Shown: positions 50,203 through 60,585, counted from the first letter of the stretch. The stretch is 64,000 nucleotides of DNA from Gammaproteobacteria bacterium (GCA_965243395.1 CBDEUS010000002.1:736001-800000); one strand, 5' to 3'. A program made the numbers and translations. The notes: generated from the sequence alone by a model not told the origin.

Positions 50203-51540
50203 TTATTTATTGATATCTAAAGTATCCGGAAAATAGCCACTCCAGGCAAACCAATAGGCAATGTGACCGGGTAGGCGGGAGAGTTTTTGGTCGTCAGGTC
50301 CTATAAGTTCGTTCTCGGTAAGTTTCCAGATTTGCTTGTCTGCTGCTAATTCTCCATTTTCTGAAAGCTTGAATTGGATACCTTCAGAACGGTAGGCACG
50401 AACCGTTTCACTTTTTGCATCGCCAATTAACACGATTGGAATGATGCCTACTTGATCATTGATTACATTTTTTTCTTTGAATAATGAAAGTGGCCAGGCT
50501 TTATTTGTACCACTGATGCGTAGTCCAAACACTTTTTCCTTCTTTTCTAGTGTTTCATCTTGCACGCTGGCCGGGAACATGAGCTCTTCACTGAAGAAAT
50601 AAGCACCATAGGACGCACCCGGTGTGTAGTCACGGTGAAAACCCGTATCTTCTGCTAATACTTTAGTGTCCGGATGTTGTTTTAGCCATTCACCCCAGGT
50701 GGTTGTCACGAGTGGCAGTACTTCAAGTTCAATTCCGCTATTAGTTAGTTCTCCAACGACAGGTTGGCCATTGAATTGATTCCACAAAGAATGGGTTTTT
50801 TGGTCATACATTAATTTATTGGAGCGATATAGAAACCCTGACGAACCGAAAATAAGGGGGTCATTATTTGAGTCAATTTTAGTTTTATACAAAATTCCTG
50901 AACCACAGAGTGTGCAGTAGGCTAATGAAACGGCTACTCCACCAATTTCATCATTCAGCATTTCGTGCCAGTCCATAAACCGGTAAGGATAAGCACGTGT
51001 GTCACCATTTATAGAGATGCCAAATACCAGCTCCTTGTCCGTGATGTAATCAGCTTCACTTGCCGGTGTTAATTTGGGGTTTGTTAACGCAGGAATACCG
51101 TCTTTACGTACTCCGCCCCATAAAATTTCTTCGAGACGTATTTGGCGCTCAATATCGGGATAGAAAAAAATATCGAAGTTTTTGTCTATTCGTTTAAAAA
51201 CTTTTTCTAGGTATATCTCATTATTTGCGAATGATTCGGTTTGGTTTTCTTGCCACCATACTATCCAGTCAAACCAGTTTTTGCCGAAATTTTCCCCGGT
51301 AAGTTCTTCTAAAACATATAATGTTTGTGAAGAATCTTCAGGGAAATAACGCAAGCTGCGGATAAGGGGTGGAACGATATCCGTTTTACCTCTTTCTAAC
51401 ATCCATTCTCTTGCGGCCATTCGCATGTGAGTGGCACCGAATAAGTCCAGTGCGTATTCATGTACTTCTTTTTCTTTCGCAGATATGCAATGACTGCAAC
51501 TAACGAAGAGGAGTATTAAGAAGAAAGTTAGTCGCAGCAT
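50203..51540 (-). CDS. DUF3179 domain exported protein
   Basis: GG..KDGIPAL, HEMLND, YCTLCGSG, SGFLYRSNKLMYD, YWFAW. Confidence 0.88.
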   Translation of the reverse strand: MLRLTFFLILLFVSCSHCISAKEKEVHEYALDLFGATHMRMAAREWMLERGKTDIVPPLIRSLRYFPEDSSQTLYVLEELTGENFGKNWFDWIVWWQENQTESFANNEIYLEKVFKRIDKNFDIFFYPDIERQIRLEEILWGGVRKDGIPALTNPKLTPASEADYITDKELVFGISINGDTRAYPYRFMDWHEMLNDEIGGVAVSLAYCTLCGSGILYKTKIDSNNDPLIFGSSGFLYRSNKLMYDQKTHSLWNQFNGQPVVGELTNSGIELEVLPLVTTTWGEWLKQHPDTKVLAEDTGFHRDYTPGASYGAYFFSEELMFPASVQDETLEKKEKVFGLRISGTNKAWPLSLFKEKNVINDQVGIIPIVLIGDAKSETVRAYRSEGIQFKLSENGELAADKQIWKLTENELIGPDDQKLSRLPGHIAYWFAWSGYFPDTLDINK

Positions 51541-51571
51541 TGTATATCAGTTTATTTATTCGCTTGAGAAC

Positions 51572-52324
51572 TCAGGGTTTAGTTCCGTTTAAGCTCCAGT
51601 CATACTTTAGATATTTAATTTTGTAATTTTCGGCACGCAAATCGTTAGCAACACTGTCATCGGTTACATATTGCGCAAGATATTTTTGTACTGAACCTGA
51701 GTGTTTCACAAAATCTTCTTCAAACCAGTCAAATATTTTTGAAATATGTGCGGTTTTTGTATCGGAGTCAAAATTATTTCTCATAGCGTCGTTGATGAAT
51801 GCGTAGGTTGCATCCGCAAGTTGTTGATCTAGTGCTTGTGCTTCAAATACTGTCGGTTTCAATTTTGGACAGGAGCTGGATGCACAGTTAATCGCGAAAT
51901 GAATACGAGGTTCACCAATCGGAATAATTACTTTGTGCTCAAGGTCATTTAAATTTATCTGCATACCGGCAAGTTCATACGTATCGCCTTTGAAAAAGCT
52001 TTGTCTGCTGAAAAACGTGCTGGGTGAACCACCATCTAGTATGCCTTTAATAACCAAGGCGTTGTAAGCGTTAATCCAGTAAGTTAGTTCTTGATCTTTG
52101 TTGTCAAACTTTGGTTTATCTTTTAGTGAGTCTATAAAAACTTGAAAGTTCGGATTAGCTTTAATCGCTTTATAATTGACATTTCCGTTGTGCACATTTC
52201 CAATTAATGCATCATTAAATGGCTTATAAAAGTCAGTATTTGCCCATCCAAGGTTGGCATATATTAACAGTGCGAAAGTGAACGCCATGATCACTATCAC
52301 CCCGAAGTTATTATGTTTTTGCAT
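51572..52324 (-). CDS. DUF547 domain exported protein
   Basis: WINAYNA, RIHFAINCASSSCP, SKIFDWF..DF, YDWSLN. Confidence 0.92.
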   Translation of the reverse strand: MQKHNNFGVIVIMAFTFALLIYANLGWANTDFYKPFNDALIGNVHNGNVNYKAIKANPNFQVFIDSLKDKPKFDNKDQELTYWINAYNALVIKGILDGGSPSTFFSRQSFFKGDTYELAGMQINLNDLEHKVIIPIGEPRIHFAINCASSSCPKLKPTVFEAQALDQQLADATYAFINDAMRNNFDSDTKTAHISKIFDWFEEDFVKHSGSVQKYLAQYVTDDSVANDLRAENYKIKYLKYDWSLNGTKP

Positions 52325-52355
52325 TCGATTGAACTTTATAATTATTTATCAGAAT

Positions 52356-52529
52356 TTATAAGATTTCTACGGCGTCTAATAATGAGTTGTAGTAGTCATC
52401 ACATTTATCACATTCGCCGTTATAGTCGATCCATTCAGGATATTCTTTACGAATCACTTCGCGAAGATATAACTCCGCTACTAAATTTAGGTGTTTGTTT
52501 AAAGTTGCTTGCTTTTCAATAGGGCTCAT
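52356..52529 (-). CDS. Small hypothetical protein with CxxC
   Basis: GGAG SD before MSPIE; IRKEYPEW...GECDKCDDYY. Confidence 0.6.
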   Translation of the reverse strand: MSPIEKQATLNKHLNLVAELYLREVIRKEYPEWIDYNGECDKCDDYYNSLLDAVEIL

Positions 52530-52735
52530 GTTCTTACTCCACAATTAGTCTTTTTGGATTTATTATCTGTATGGTTTGCCTTAAACCCAGCAATATTAGT
52601 ACCGTCACGATGCAAAGCATTAGTACTACTATTGCTAAAGTTCTAGTTACAATTTTCATATTGATTCAGACTTAAAAAGAACGTCCTTGTTCGAGCTGTA
52701 ATCCCTTATTTGTTTATAGATTGCCATTTGGCAAG

Positions 52736-52996
52736 TTATATAACTTCATTAAACGAGTCATATGAAACATCTCCGTCTGAGCCATATGAGTGCTTAAGTT
52801 CGCTGGTGTTTACTTTTTCAGAATTTTCAATTTTTACATTGAATGCATCAGTGGGTCCTTGCACTTTGATCTCAGTTATTTCTACTTCTGTAGGTTGGAT
52901 GTTGCTTACATCTACTGAGTCAATACTTAAGCCAGATGCCCAGCTTGTTCCTGTAGCTGCGAGAAGAACAGCAAATAAAGTTGCTTTTGTTTTCAT
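52736..52996 (-). CDS. Small secreted acidic protein
   Basis: AAGGA SD; signal peptide ending SWA. Confidence 0.7.
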   Translation of the reverse strand: MKTKATLFAVLLAATGTSWASGLSIDSVDVSNIQPTEVEITEIKVQGPTDAFNVKIENSEKVNTSELKHSYGSDGDVSYDSFNEVI

Positions 52997-53210
52997 GTCT
53001 ATTTCCTTTTGTTAAAAGTTATATTAGTAATCAGTTACGTACTAATAGACATGGGGAAAGGGAATTTTATTGCAGCAGAAAACGTTGATTTCTATGCAAA
53101 AAACTCATCAAACCAATCGATTTTTTGCATGTAAGATTTTGGGAAATCTGGCGGTCTAATGGAGTGGCACGAAGATTTTTGCGTGTCCTCACCGCTCAAG
53201 CCTTCTGCTT

Positions 53211-53357
53211 CCAGTATTCATATTCCGAAAGTGCTGAATTTATAAATACTGGCAACTGCTCCTGTTTTATCACAAGTATTTATTTAATGTATTGCAAAGC
53301 TTTTACACGCCGAAAACTGCGTCCTGCGTTTTCGGCATGCCTGCCGTCCAGGCAGGC
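53211..53357. repeat. Cluster of palindromes (possible REP/MITE-like element or ncRNA)
   Basis: CCAGTATT/AATACTGG, GCCGAAAAC/GTTTTCGGC and GCCTGCC/GGCAGGC stems. Confidence 0.45.
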
Positions 53358-53386
53358 AAAAAAAAGGGAGCAGAGGTTGCTCCCTT
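53358..53386 (-). terminator. nrdAB terminator
   Basis: GGGAGCA-ACCUC-UGCUCCC followed by U8 on the minus strand. Confidence 0.85.
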
Positions 53387-53451
53387 AATATAACCACCAT
53401 AAGTGGTGGCCCCATAACGCCGGTTTCTAAAGCATGTTTACCCCAGAGAAT

Positions 53452-54756
53452 TTACCAGGTGAGTGCACCGCCTGTTTGATATTCAGTAACGCGTGTTTCG
53501 AAGAAATTCTTTTCTTTCTTAAGATCTAAAATTTCAGACATCCAGGGAAATGGATTATTCACGCTGTCATATTGTTGCGGTAAGCCAATTTGTGAGAAGC
53601 GCCGGTTGGCAATGAATTTGAGATACTCTTCGAACATTGGTGCATTTAAACCAAGAATGCCGCGAGGCATAGTGTCGTATGCGTATTGTGTTTCAAGTTC
53701 AACACCGCTCTTAATGAGCTCAATCATTTCTTGTTGAAATGCTTCGGTCCATAAATGTGGGTTTTCAAGTTTGATTTGGTTGATGACATCAATACCAAAG
53801 TTCATGTGCATGGATTCATCACGCAATATGTACTGGAACTGTTCGGCAACACCTGTCATTTTATTGCGGCGACCCATAGAGAGTATCTGCACAAAGCCAA
53901 CATAAAAGAAGATACCTTCAAACACTACATAAAATGCAATGAGGTCACGCAGTAAGCGTTGGTCATCTTCAACTGTGCCTGTGTGGAATTCTGGATCACC
54001 TAGGCTGTTGGTGTAAGGTAGTGCCCATTCTGCTTTGCGTGCTACTGCTGGAAGCTCGCGATACATATTAAAGACTTCACCTTCATCTAAACCTAAAGAC
54101 TCAATGCAATACTGATAAGCATGGGTGTGTACGGCTTCTTCAAATGCTTGACGTAATAAATACTGTCTGCATTCTGGATTAGTGATATGACGATAAACGG
54201 CCAATACCAAATTATTTGCTACCAATGAATCTGCGGTTGAGAAGAATCCAAGGTTGCGCTTGATGATGGTGCGTTCGTCTTCGGTTAAACCTTCTGGGTT
54301 TTTCCAAAGCGCGATATCTGCTGTCATGTTGATTTCTTGTGGCATCCAGTGGTTGGCACAACCGTCTAGATATTTTTGCCAGGCCCATTCATATTTAAAA
54401 GGCACGAGTTGGTTTAAGTCTGCACGGCAGTTGATGATTTTTTTATCATCCACTTGAATGCGACTGGCACCCATCTCAATGCTTTCTAAACCTGTTGCGC
54501 CATCATGACGCTCTTCTTTGGCATGCTGCTTTAACTTTTCTTCAGCTTCAATTTCTGTTTTTAACTTGTTAAGCGCTTTTGTAGCTTCAATGATCGATGT
54601 ATCACTCGGTCTTGCGACTACCTCATCAAAAGAAGGTTTAATGTCAACATGTGTTGGTGGTGCGTTTTCAGATGTTTCTGGTTCTGTAAAAACAGCAGGT
54701 GCCGCAGCACTTGTCATGACACGTGCATCTGCAATTGGATCTTCCCAGCTTTGCAT
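53452..54756 (-). CDS. nrdB: Ribonucleotide reductase class Ia beta subunit
   Basis: [16 protein letters not shown] (radical Tyr), [16 protein letters not shown]. Confidence 0.95.
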   Translation of the reverse strand: MQSWEDPIADARVMTSAAAPAVFTEPETSENAPPTHVDIKPSFDEVVARPSDTSIIEATKALNKLKTEIEAEEKLKQHAKEERHDGATGLESIEMGASRIQVDDKKIINCRADLNQLVPFKYEWAWQKYLDGCANHWMPQEINMTADIALWKNPEGLTEDERTIIKRNLGFFSTADSLVANNLVLAVYRHITNPECRQYLLRQAFEEAVHTHAYQYCIESLGLDEGEVFNMYRELPAVARKAEWALPYTNSLGDPEFHTGTVEDDQRLLRDLIAFYVVFEGIFFYVGFVQILSMGRRNKMTGVAEQFQYILRDESMHMNFGIDVINQIKLENPHLWTEAFQQEMIELIKSGVELETQYAYDTMPRGILGLNAPMFEEYLKFIANRRFSQIGLPQQYDSVNNPFPWMSEILDLKKEKNFFETRVTEYQTGGALTW

Positions 54757-54784
54757 AATCCCTTTCTCCTCTCTTTAGTGCCTG

Positions 54785-57676
54785 TTATTGGCAGGCTTCA
54801 CAATCTGGATCCAAAATCGAGCAAGCTTTTGGTGCTTCCTGGTCACTATCTGCGCCATTGCTTACAGCATTAAGTTTGCTTTCCCGACCTTGAACAGTAC
54901 TTTTCTCTACATGTGTAGCGCCCATGGAACGTAAGTAGTACGTCGTTTTTAAACCACGTACCCAGGCAAGCTTGTATAAATTATCGAGCTTTTGTCCTGA
55001 GGGTTCTGACATGTATAAATTGAGCGACTGAGCTTGATCGATCCATTTTTGTCGGCGTGAAGCGGCTTCAACTAACCAACGTGGATCTACTTCAAACGCA
55101 GTGGCGTATAAACTTTTTAATTCTTCCGGAATGCGGTCAATGGATTGCACACTGCCATCATAGTATTTGAGGTCATTGGCCATGACTTCATCCCAGAGAT
55201 TGCGTTTCTTTAAGTCCGCAATTAAATGCGGATTGCTAACAGTAAATTCACCGGATAAATTCGATTTAACAAATAAGTTTTGATAGGTGGGTTCTATGCT
55301 TTGTGTAACGCCACAAATATTAGAAATAGTTGCGGTAGGCGCAATTGCCATAGTGTTGGAGTTGCGCATGCCAACTTGTTGTACGCGTTGGCGTAGGCTA
55401 TCCCAGTCCATCGTGCTACTGCGATCTTGTTTTAAATAATCACCGCGCCCTTTTTCTAAAAGTTCGATTGAATCAATAGGTAAAATTCCTTGATCCCACA
55501 ACGAACCTTTATAGCTTGCATAAGTACCACGTTCTTCGGCTAAATCTGTAGAGGCTTGAATGGCAAAATAACTTACTGCCTCCATCGAACGATCTGCAAA
55601 CTCTACGGCTTCTTGACTACTGTAAGTAATGTTCTGCTTATACAAAGCATCTTGGAAGCCCATCATGCCTAAACCAACAGGGCGATGACGTAAGTTAGAA
55701 CGTTTTGCTTTGTCCACACTGTAATAGTTGTACTCAATCACGTTGTCTAACATACGCATAGCAGTAGATATGGTTTGCTTGAGCTTTTGAAGGTTCAAAC
55801 CGTTTTCATCAATGTGCGCGGCTAGATTTACAGAACCTAAGTTGCACACTGCAATTTCATCTTTAGTAGTGTTGAGAGTGATTTCTGTACATAAGTTTGA
55901 GGAATGCACAACACCCGCATGTTGTTGTGGCGAACGTAAATTACAGGGGTCTTTAAATGTGACCCAAGGATGACCGGTTTCGTACAACATGCCGAGCATC
56001 TTGCGCCATATGTCTACTGCCTGAACTTTTTTAAAGTTCTTGATTTCGCCGTTGTCTGCCATTTGCTCATAGACAACATAACGTGCTTCAAACTCTTTAC
56101 CACTCAGTTCATGTAAATCGGGTGTTTCGTGTGGTGAGAATAAGGTCCATCCTTTTTCTTCAATTACGCGCTTCATGAATAAATCAGGCACCCAGTTTGC
56201 GGTGTTCATATCATGTGTGCGACGACGATCATCGCCGGTGTTTTTGCGTAGTTCTAAAAACTCTTCAATATCTAAGTGCCAAGTTTCTAAATAAGCACAC
56301 ATTGCGCCCTTGCGTTTGCCGCCTTGGTTAACTGCTACAGCGGTATCATTCGCAACCTTAAGAAACGGAACTACACCTTGAGATTTACCATTAGTACCTT
56401 TTATATGTGCACCCATAGAGCGCACAGATGACCAGTCATTACCTAAACCTCCGGCAAACTTGGATAACATTGCGTCATCCTGAATAGCCTCAAAGATACC
56501 GAATAAATCATCCGGTACTGTAGTCAGGTAACAAGAAGATAATTGTGGCCGTAATGTGCCAGAGTTAAACAAGGTTGGTGTGGAACTCATGAAGTCAAAC
56601 GAGGACAACAATCGATAAAACTCGATAGCGCGTGCTTCGCGTTCTACTTCATTTATGGCTAAGCCCATGGCGACGCGCATGAAAAATGCTTGAGGTAATT
56701 CAAACGGAATGCCATCACTTTGAATAAAGTAACGGTCATACAATGTTTGCATACCGAGGTATGTAAACTGATGATCACGTTTTGGCTCGAGTGCTTTACC
56801 TAATTTTTTTAAGTCATATTCACTGGCGAGTTTTGAATCGAGTAACTCTAATTTAATGGCTTTATGAATATACTGCTCAAAATAGTCTGCATATTGATAA
56901 GCCATTTCCTTGAACGTTGCTTCGGACGGTACACCGTATACAAAACTAAGTGCTTGACGGCGTAGTGTGTCTAATAATAAACGCGCTGTTACATAGGTGT
57001 AGTTGGGCTCTTGTTCGATCAAGGTGCGCGCACTCATAGTTACGGCGGTGCCGACTTCATTTTCAGGAATACCATCGTATAAATTACGCAGTGTTTCATC
57101 GATGATGGGTTTTGCTTGTACGTCAGCGGTATCCACACATGCTTCTTCCACCATGCGCGCGAGTCTTTCTACGTCGAGAGGCTTTAAATCACCGGTTTCA
57201 TTTTTTACATTTAGTGTCGCTATGCTACTGCCTTGCTGAGAAGCTTCAGCGGCAAGTTCAAGTTGTTCGCGTTCTTTATGACGTTCTTCTCTATATAAAA
57301 CATATGCGCGTGCAATTTTGTGATGTTCGCTACGCATTAATTCCAGTTCTACCTGGTCTTGAATATCTTCTATATGAAAAGTACCGCCTTGTGGACGACT
57401 GCGTGATAGGGCATAAAAAACTTTATCGGTAATTTCATTTACCATTTCATGAATACGCGTGGAGGCGGCAGCATGGCCACCTTCTACGGCTAGAAAGGCC
57501 TTGGTTACGGCTACCTTGATTTTGTCACGATCAAAGCTTGTGACTTTGCCATTACGGCGAATTACACGGTATTGGCCAGGTGCTGTGGCCGCTATTTCAA
57601 GCTTTGTAGGAGCATTATTTTCGTGTGTAGGGTTAGGGGCTTTTTCGTTGGCAATAGTAGTAAGTTCTGGCTGCAT
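54785..57676 (-). CDS. nrdA: Ribonucleotide reductase class Ia alpha subunit with tandem ATP-cone regions
   Basis: VIRRNGK cone, SSCY, SNLCTEI, TTYY, C-terminal CEAC. Confidence 0.97.
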   Translation of the reverse strand: MQPELTTIANEKAPNPTHENNAPTKLEIAATAPGQYRVIRRNGKVTSFDRDKIKVAVTKAFLAVEGGHAAASTRIHEMVNEITDKVFYALSRSRPQGGTFHIEDIQDQVELELMRSEHHKIARAYVLYREERHKEREQLELAAEASQQGSSIATLNVKNETGDLKPLDVERLARMVEEACVDTADVQAKPIIDETLRNLYDGIPENEVGTAVTMSARTLIEQEPNYTYVTARLLLDTLRRQALSFVYGVPSEATFKEMAYQYADYFEQYIHKAIKLELLDSKLASEYDLKKLGKALEPKRDHQFTYLGMQTLYDRYFIQSDGIPFELPQAFFMRVAMGLAINEVEREARAIEFYRLLSSFDFMSSTPTLFNSGTLRPQLSSCYLTTVPDDLFGIFEAIQDDAMLSKFAGGLGNDWSSVRSMGAHIKGTNGKSQGVVPFLKVANDTAVAVNQGGKRKGAMCAYLETWHLDIEEFLELRKNTGDDRRRTHDMNTANWVPDLFMKRVIEEKGWTLFSPHETPDLHELSGKEFEARYVVYEQMADNGEIKNFKKVQAVDIWRKMLGMLYETGHPWVTFKDPCNLRSPQQHAGVVHSSNLCTEITLNTTKDEIAVCNLGSVNLAAHIDENGLNLQKLKQTISTAMRMLDNVIEYNYYSVDKAKRSNLRHRPVGLGMMGFQDALYKQNITYSSQEAVEFADRSMEAVSYFAIQASTDLAEERGTYASYKGSLWDQGILPIDSIELLEKGRGDYLKQDRSSTMDWDSLRQRVQQVGMRNSNTMAIAPTATISNICGVTQSIEPTYQNLFVKSNLSGEFTVSNPHLIADLKKRNLWDEVMANDLKYYDGSVQSIDRIPEELKSLYATAFEVDPRWLVEAASRRQKWIDQAQSLNLYMSEPSGQKLDNLYKLAWVRGLKTTYYLRSMGATHVEKSTVQGRESKLNAVSNGADSDQEAPKACSILDPDCEACQ

Positions 57677-57791
57677 CTGCTCTCTCAGCTTAGTATTGTA
57701 AGTTGTTGTTTTTTATATCCATTTTCACAGGTCCATCGAGGTGTTTTTATTAGCTTCAGGCACTACTGAAGTGGACTGCTGTGAACCGGAA

Positions 57792-57838
57792 TAACTATAA
57801 ATTGGGGTGCGAAATCCGTCAAGCACAATATCTTGTGT
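57792..57838. promoter_or_regulatory. Tandem NrdR boxes
   Basis: TAACTATAAATTGGGG (57792) and GCACAATATCTTGTGT (57823), 31 bp apart, upstream of nrdA. Confidence 0.8.
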
Positions 57839-57856
57839 GTATATTGCGGGAAATCC

Positions 57857-57865
57857 TGTGGATAA
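57857..57865 (-). promoter_or_regulatory. DnaA box
   Basis: TTATCCACA perfect match upstream of nrdA, as in E. coli nrdAB. Confidence 0.65.
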
Positions 57866-58189
57866 ACGGTTTAATGTTACAAGCAGGTTAAAAATATCCC
57901 AAACGTTTGTGGGGTTTGGAAAATGCAAGCTTTTTTTAAGGGTTCTGGCTTAAAATCTTTCAATCGATTGAATAGAAAAGTTTTATAAATTTTTTTATAA
58001 GATTTAGCCAATTTCAAAAAAATCAGCCTCAAAACGACCGCTTATTTTTTTCACATAGACAAATTTGGTTACATGAAATTTCTTATTTGAGAATTTTTTT
58101 GATTCATATCGCATCACACAAGTTAGCGAATGTAATTACTTGCAATTTACATCTAATTTTAGTGAGCAGATATTAAGTAAAGTAAAAAT

Positions 58190-59998
58190 ATGCAATTCCG
58201 CGCCCGTACTGAAGCACCACATAAGCAGCGAACCGACTTTAAAAACTTGCTGCAGATGTTTCCGTATGTGTGGGCCTACCGTTGGCGGGTGCTTATCGCA
58301 TTGACCTGTCTGATAATCGCAAAAGTGGCAACGGTTGCTGTACCGCTAATATTAAAACGCATTGTAGATTCACTGGATATTGAAGCTAGCTTATTGATTT
58401 TGCCGCTAGGTTTGTTGTTAGCCTATGGTGCATTACGTTTAACTACGGCGTTATTTAATGAACTGCGAGATGTGCTGTTTGCGCGTGTGCGCTATCGAGC
58501 TATACAAAAACTTTCTACACGCGTATTAGAACATTTGCACAATTTGCCTTTGCGTTTTCACTTGGAACGTCAAACAGGCTCAATCACGCGAGATCTGGAA
58601 CGCGGCACACAAAGTCTATCTTCTATTATTAATTATATGGTGTTTATTATTTTACCTACTTTTGTCGAATTGGGTTTAGTTGCTGTAATTTTATTAGGTG
58701 CCTATGCACTTAAATTTTCACTCGTTACTCTCGTTACAGTTGTTGCTTATATTACGTTCACATTATTAGTAACTAACTGGCGGATGAAATATCGTCATGA
58801 AATGAATCGTTTGGATTCACAAGCTAATTCGATAGCTGTAGACAGCTTATTAAATTATGAAACCGTAAAATACTTTAATAATGAGCATTATGAATTGTCG
58901 CGTTATGGTGAAACGCTATCGAAATGGGAAAATGCGGCAGTAAAAAGTATTACTACAATGTCCATGTTGAACTTTGGACAAGCAATTATTATTGCCATTG
59001 GCGTTACTATTATCATGATCTTTGCAGCGCAAGGCGTAACTACAGAAACGATGACATTAGGGGACCTTGTGTTAGTTAATGCCTTAATGCTGCAATTATT
59101 TGTACCGTTAAATACTTTGGGAATTGTATATCGACAAATTACTTACTCACTTGCAGACATGGATATGTTAGTTAAGTTGTTAGAAAAAGATACTGAAATT
59201 AAAGATTCAGATAACGCTGCCTCATTAAAAATTAGTGCTGCAAACATCGAGTTTGATGATGTTTCGTTTGCATATAATCAAGACCGTGAAATTTTACGCA
59301 ATGTATCTTTAAACATTCCATCTGGTCATAAGGTTGCAGTAGTAGGGCCATCTGGTGCAGGAAAATCAACTATTGCAAGATTGTTATTTCGATTTTATGA
59401 CGTTACTTCGGGAGCAGTACGTATCGACGGACAAGATGTGCGAGAATGCACACAGCAAAGTTTGCATGAAAATATTGCTGTGGTACCACAAGATACAGTG
59501 CTATTTAACGAAAGTATTTTCTTCAATATACAATATGCCAAACCTGGTGCTAATAAAGAAGAAATCGAACATGCTGCCAAGTTGGCAAATATTCATGACT
59601 TTATTGCCCAGTTACCACAACAGTATGAAACGGTTGTAGGCGAGCGGGGCTTAAAGCTATCGGGTGGAGAAAAACAACGTATCGCCATTGCCCGTGCGGT
59701 GCTCAAAGGGCCACGAATTTTAATTTTTGATGAAGCTACTTCTAGTCTCGACTCGCAATCTGAAAGCATGATTCTAAATGCTATGAAAGAAGTCACTAAA
59801 GGCGTTACGACACTGGTCATTGCACACAGGCTTTCCACGATTGTAGATGCAGATACTATTTACGTATTTGATCATGGCCGAATAGTTGAGTCAGGCAATC
59901 ATCATGACCTGCTTCAGCAGCAAGGTATCTATGCCAATATGTGGGCCTTGCAGCAAGAGGAGCGTGCTGCTGAAAAAGCAGCGGAGCATGTTGTCTAG
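58190..59998 (+). CDS. ATM1/HMT1-type ABC exporter (fused permease-ATPase)
   Basis: FHLERQTG, DSLLNYETVKYF, GPSGAGKST, LSGGEKQR. Confidence 0.93.
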   Translation: MQFRARTEAPHKQRTDFKNLLQMFPYVWAYRWRVLIALTCLIIAKVATVAVPLILKRIVDSLDIEASLLILPLGLLLAYGALRLTTALFNELRDVLFARVRYRAIQKLSTRVLEHLHNLPLRFHLERQTGSITRDLERGTQSLSSIINYMVFIILPTFVELGLVAVILLGAYALKFSLVTLVTVVAYITFTLLVTNWRMKYRHEMNRLDSQANSIAVDSLLNYETVKYFNNEHYELSRYGETLSKWENAAVKSITTMSMLNFGQAIIIAIGVTIIMIFAAQGVTTETMTLGDLVLVNALMLQLFVPLNTLGIVYRQITYSLADMDMLVKLLEKDTEIKDSDNAASLKISAANIEFDDVSFAYNQDREILRNVSLNIPSGHKVAVVGPSGAGKSTIARLLFRFYDVTSGAVRIDGQDVRECTQQSLHENIAVVPQDTVLFNESIFFNIQYAKPGANKEEIEHAAKLANIHDFIAQLPQQYETVVGERGLKLSGGEKQRIAIARAVLKGPRILIFDEATSSLDSQSESMILNAMKEVTKGVTTLVIAHRLSTIVDADTIYVFDHGRIVESGNHHDLLQQQGIYANMWALQQEERAAEKAAEHVV

Positions 59999-60030
59999 TC
60001 GAAGTAAAATTGAAAACGTACAATAGTTAT

Positions 60031-60396
60031 ATGACAAATTCTAAAACTCCGATCAATGAGCAGGTTTTGCAAGCGGATTTAGCCGATCATGGTGGTTGTG
60101 CGAACTCAGAGCCGTTTGCCTTGCGTGTAATGGGTGACAGCATGGAACCTGAATTCAAGGACGGTTGTATTATCATAATCGATTCTGCAGCCGCAGTAGA
60201 AAGTGGTAGTTATGTATTAGCAATGGTGAATGACGAATATATTTTTCGACAGTTTATTGAAGAAAATGGTCGTTGTTGTTTGCGCGCACTCAAAGAGGGC
60301 TATGAAGATATATCACTTTCGAGCAGGGAAGCAGTTAGAGGAGTCATCGTGCAAAGAGCAGGAACACGTCGTAAGGATCACAAACATTACACGTAA
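60031..60396 (+). CDS. Stand-alone S24 peptidase-like domain protein
   Basis: FALRVMGDSMEP motif; no HTH; general-base Lys position reads Arg (DEYIFRQ). Confidence 0.8.
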   Translation: MTNSKTPINEQVLQADLADHGGCANSEPFALRVMGDSMEPEFKDGCIIIIDSAAAVESGSYVLAMVNDEYIFRQFIEENGRCCLRALKEGYEDISLSSREAVRGVIVQRAGTRRKDHKHYT

Positions 60397-60585
60397 ACTT
60401 AAATTTGTTTTAGAGTTTTTTACGCTGTGACATACACCTTGTCATTTATTCCATTACATTTACCTTTTGTCATAAAGCCATCAACGATCTGTAATACTGT
60501 ATTCATTTTCTAAGTATAGTCTGGCCCCGTTGTTTAGATGCAGAAGCGTTTTAAACACTAAAGATGTTAGAAAATGCAACACGGC

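Noticed and set aside
50203-51540. Selenoprotein form of DUF3179
   Set aside because: The CTLC motif uses Cys codons and the ORF has no in-frame TGA
53165-53182. Sigma54 promoter TGGCACGAAGATTTTTGC
   Set aside because: GG-to-GC spacing is too long for a -24/-12 promoter and no plausible gene follows
53125-53388. Track ORF of 87 aa
   Set aside because: Runs through palindromes and the nrdB terminator, with no SD or protein-like features
53452-54756. Class Ic (Mn/Fe, Tyr-less) ribonucleotide reductase
   Set aside because: Radical Tyr (HTHAY) and first-ligand Asp (TADS) are both present, consistent with class Ia
57725-57928. Track ORF of 67 aa upstream of nrdA
   Set aside because: Overlaps the NrdR and DnaA boxes of the nrdA promoter; likely spurious
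60031-60396. umuD or prophage repressor marking an SOS or phage locus
   Set aside because: No umuC, HTH, integrase or phage genes nearby, and the catalytic Lys is apparently absent
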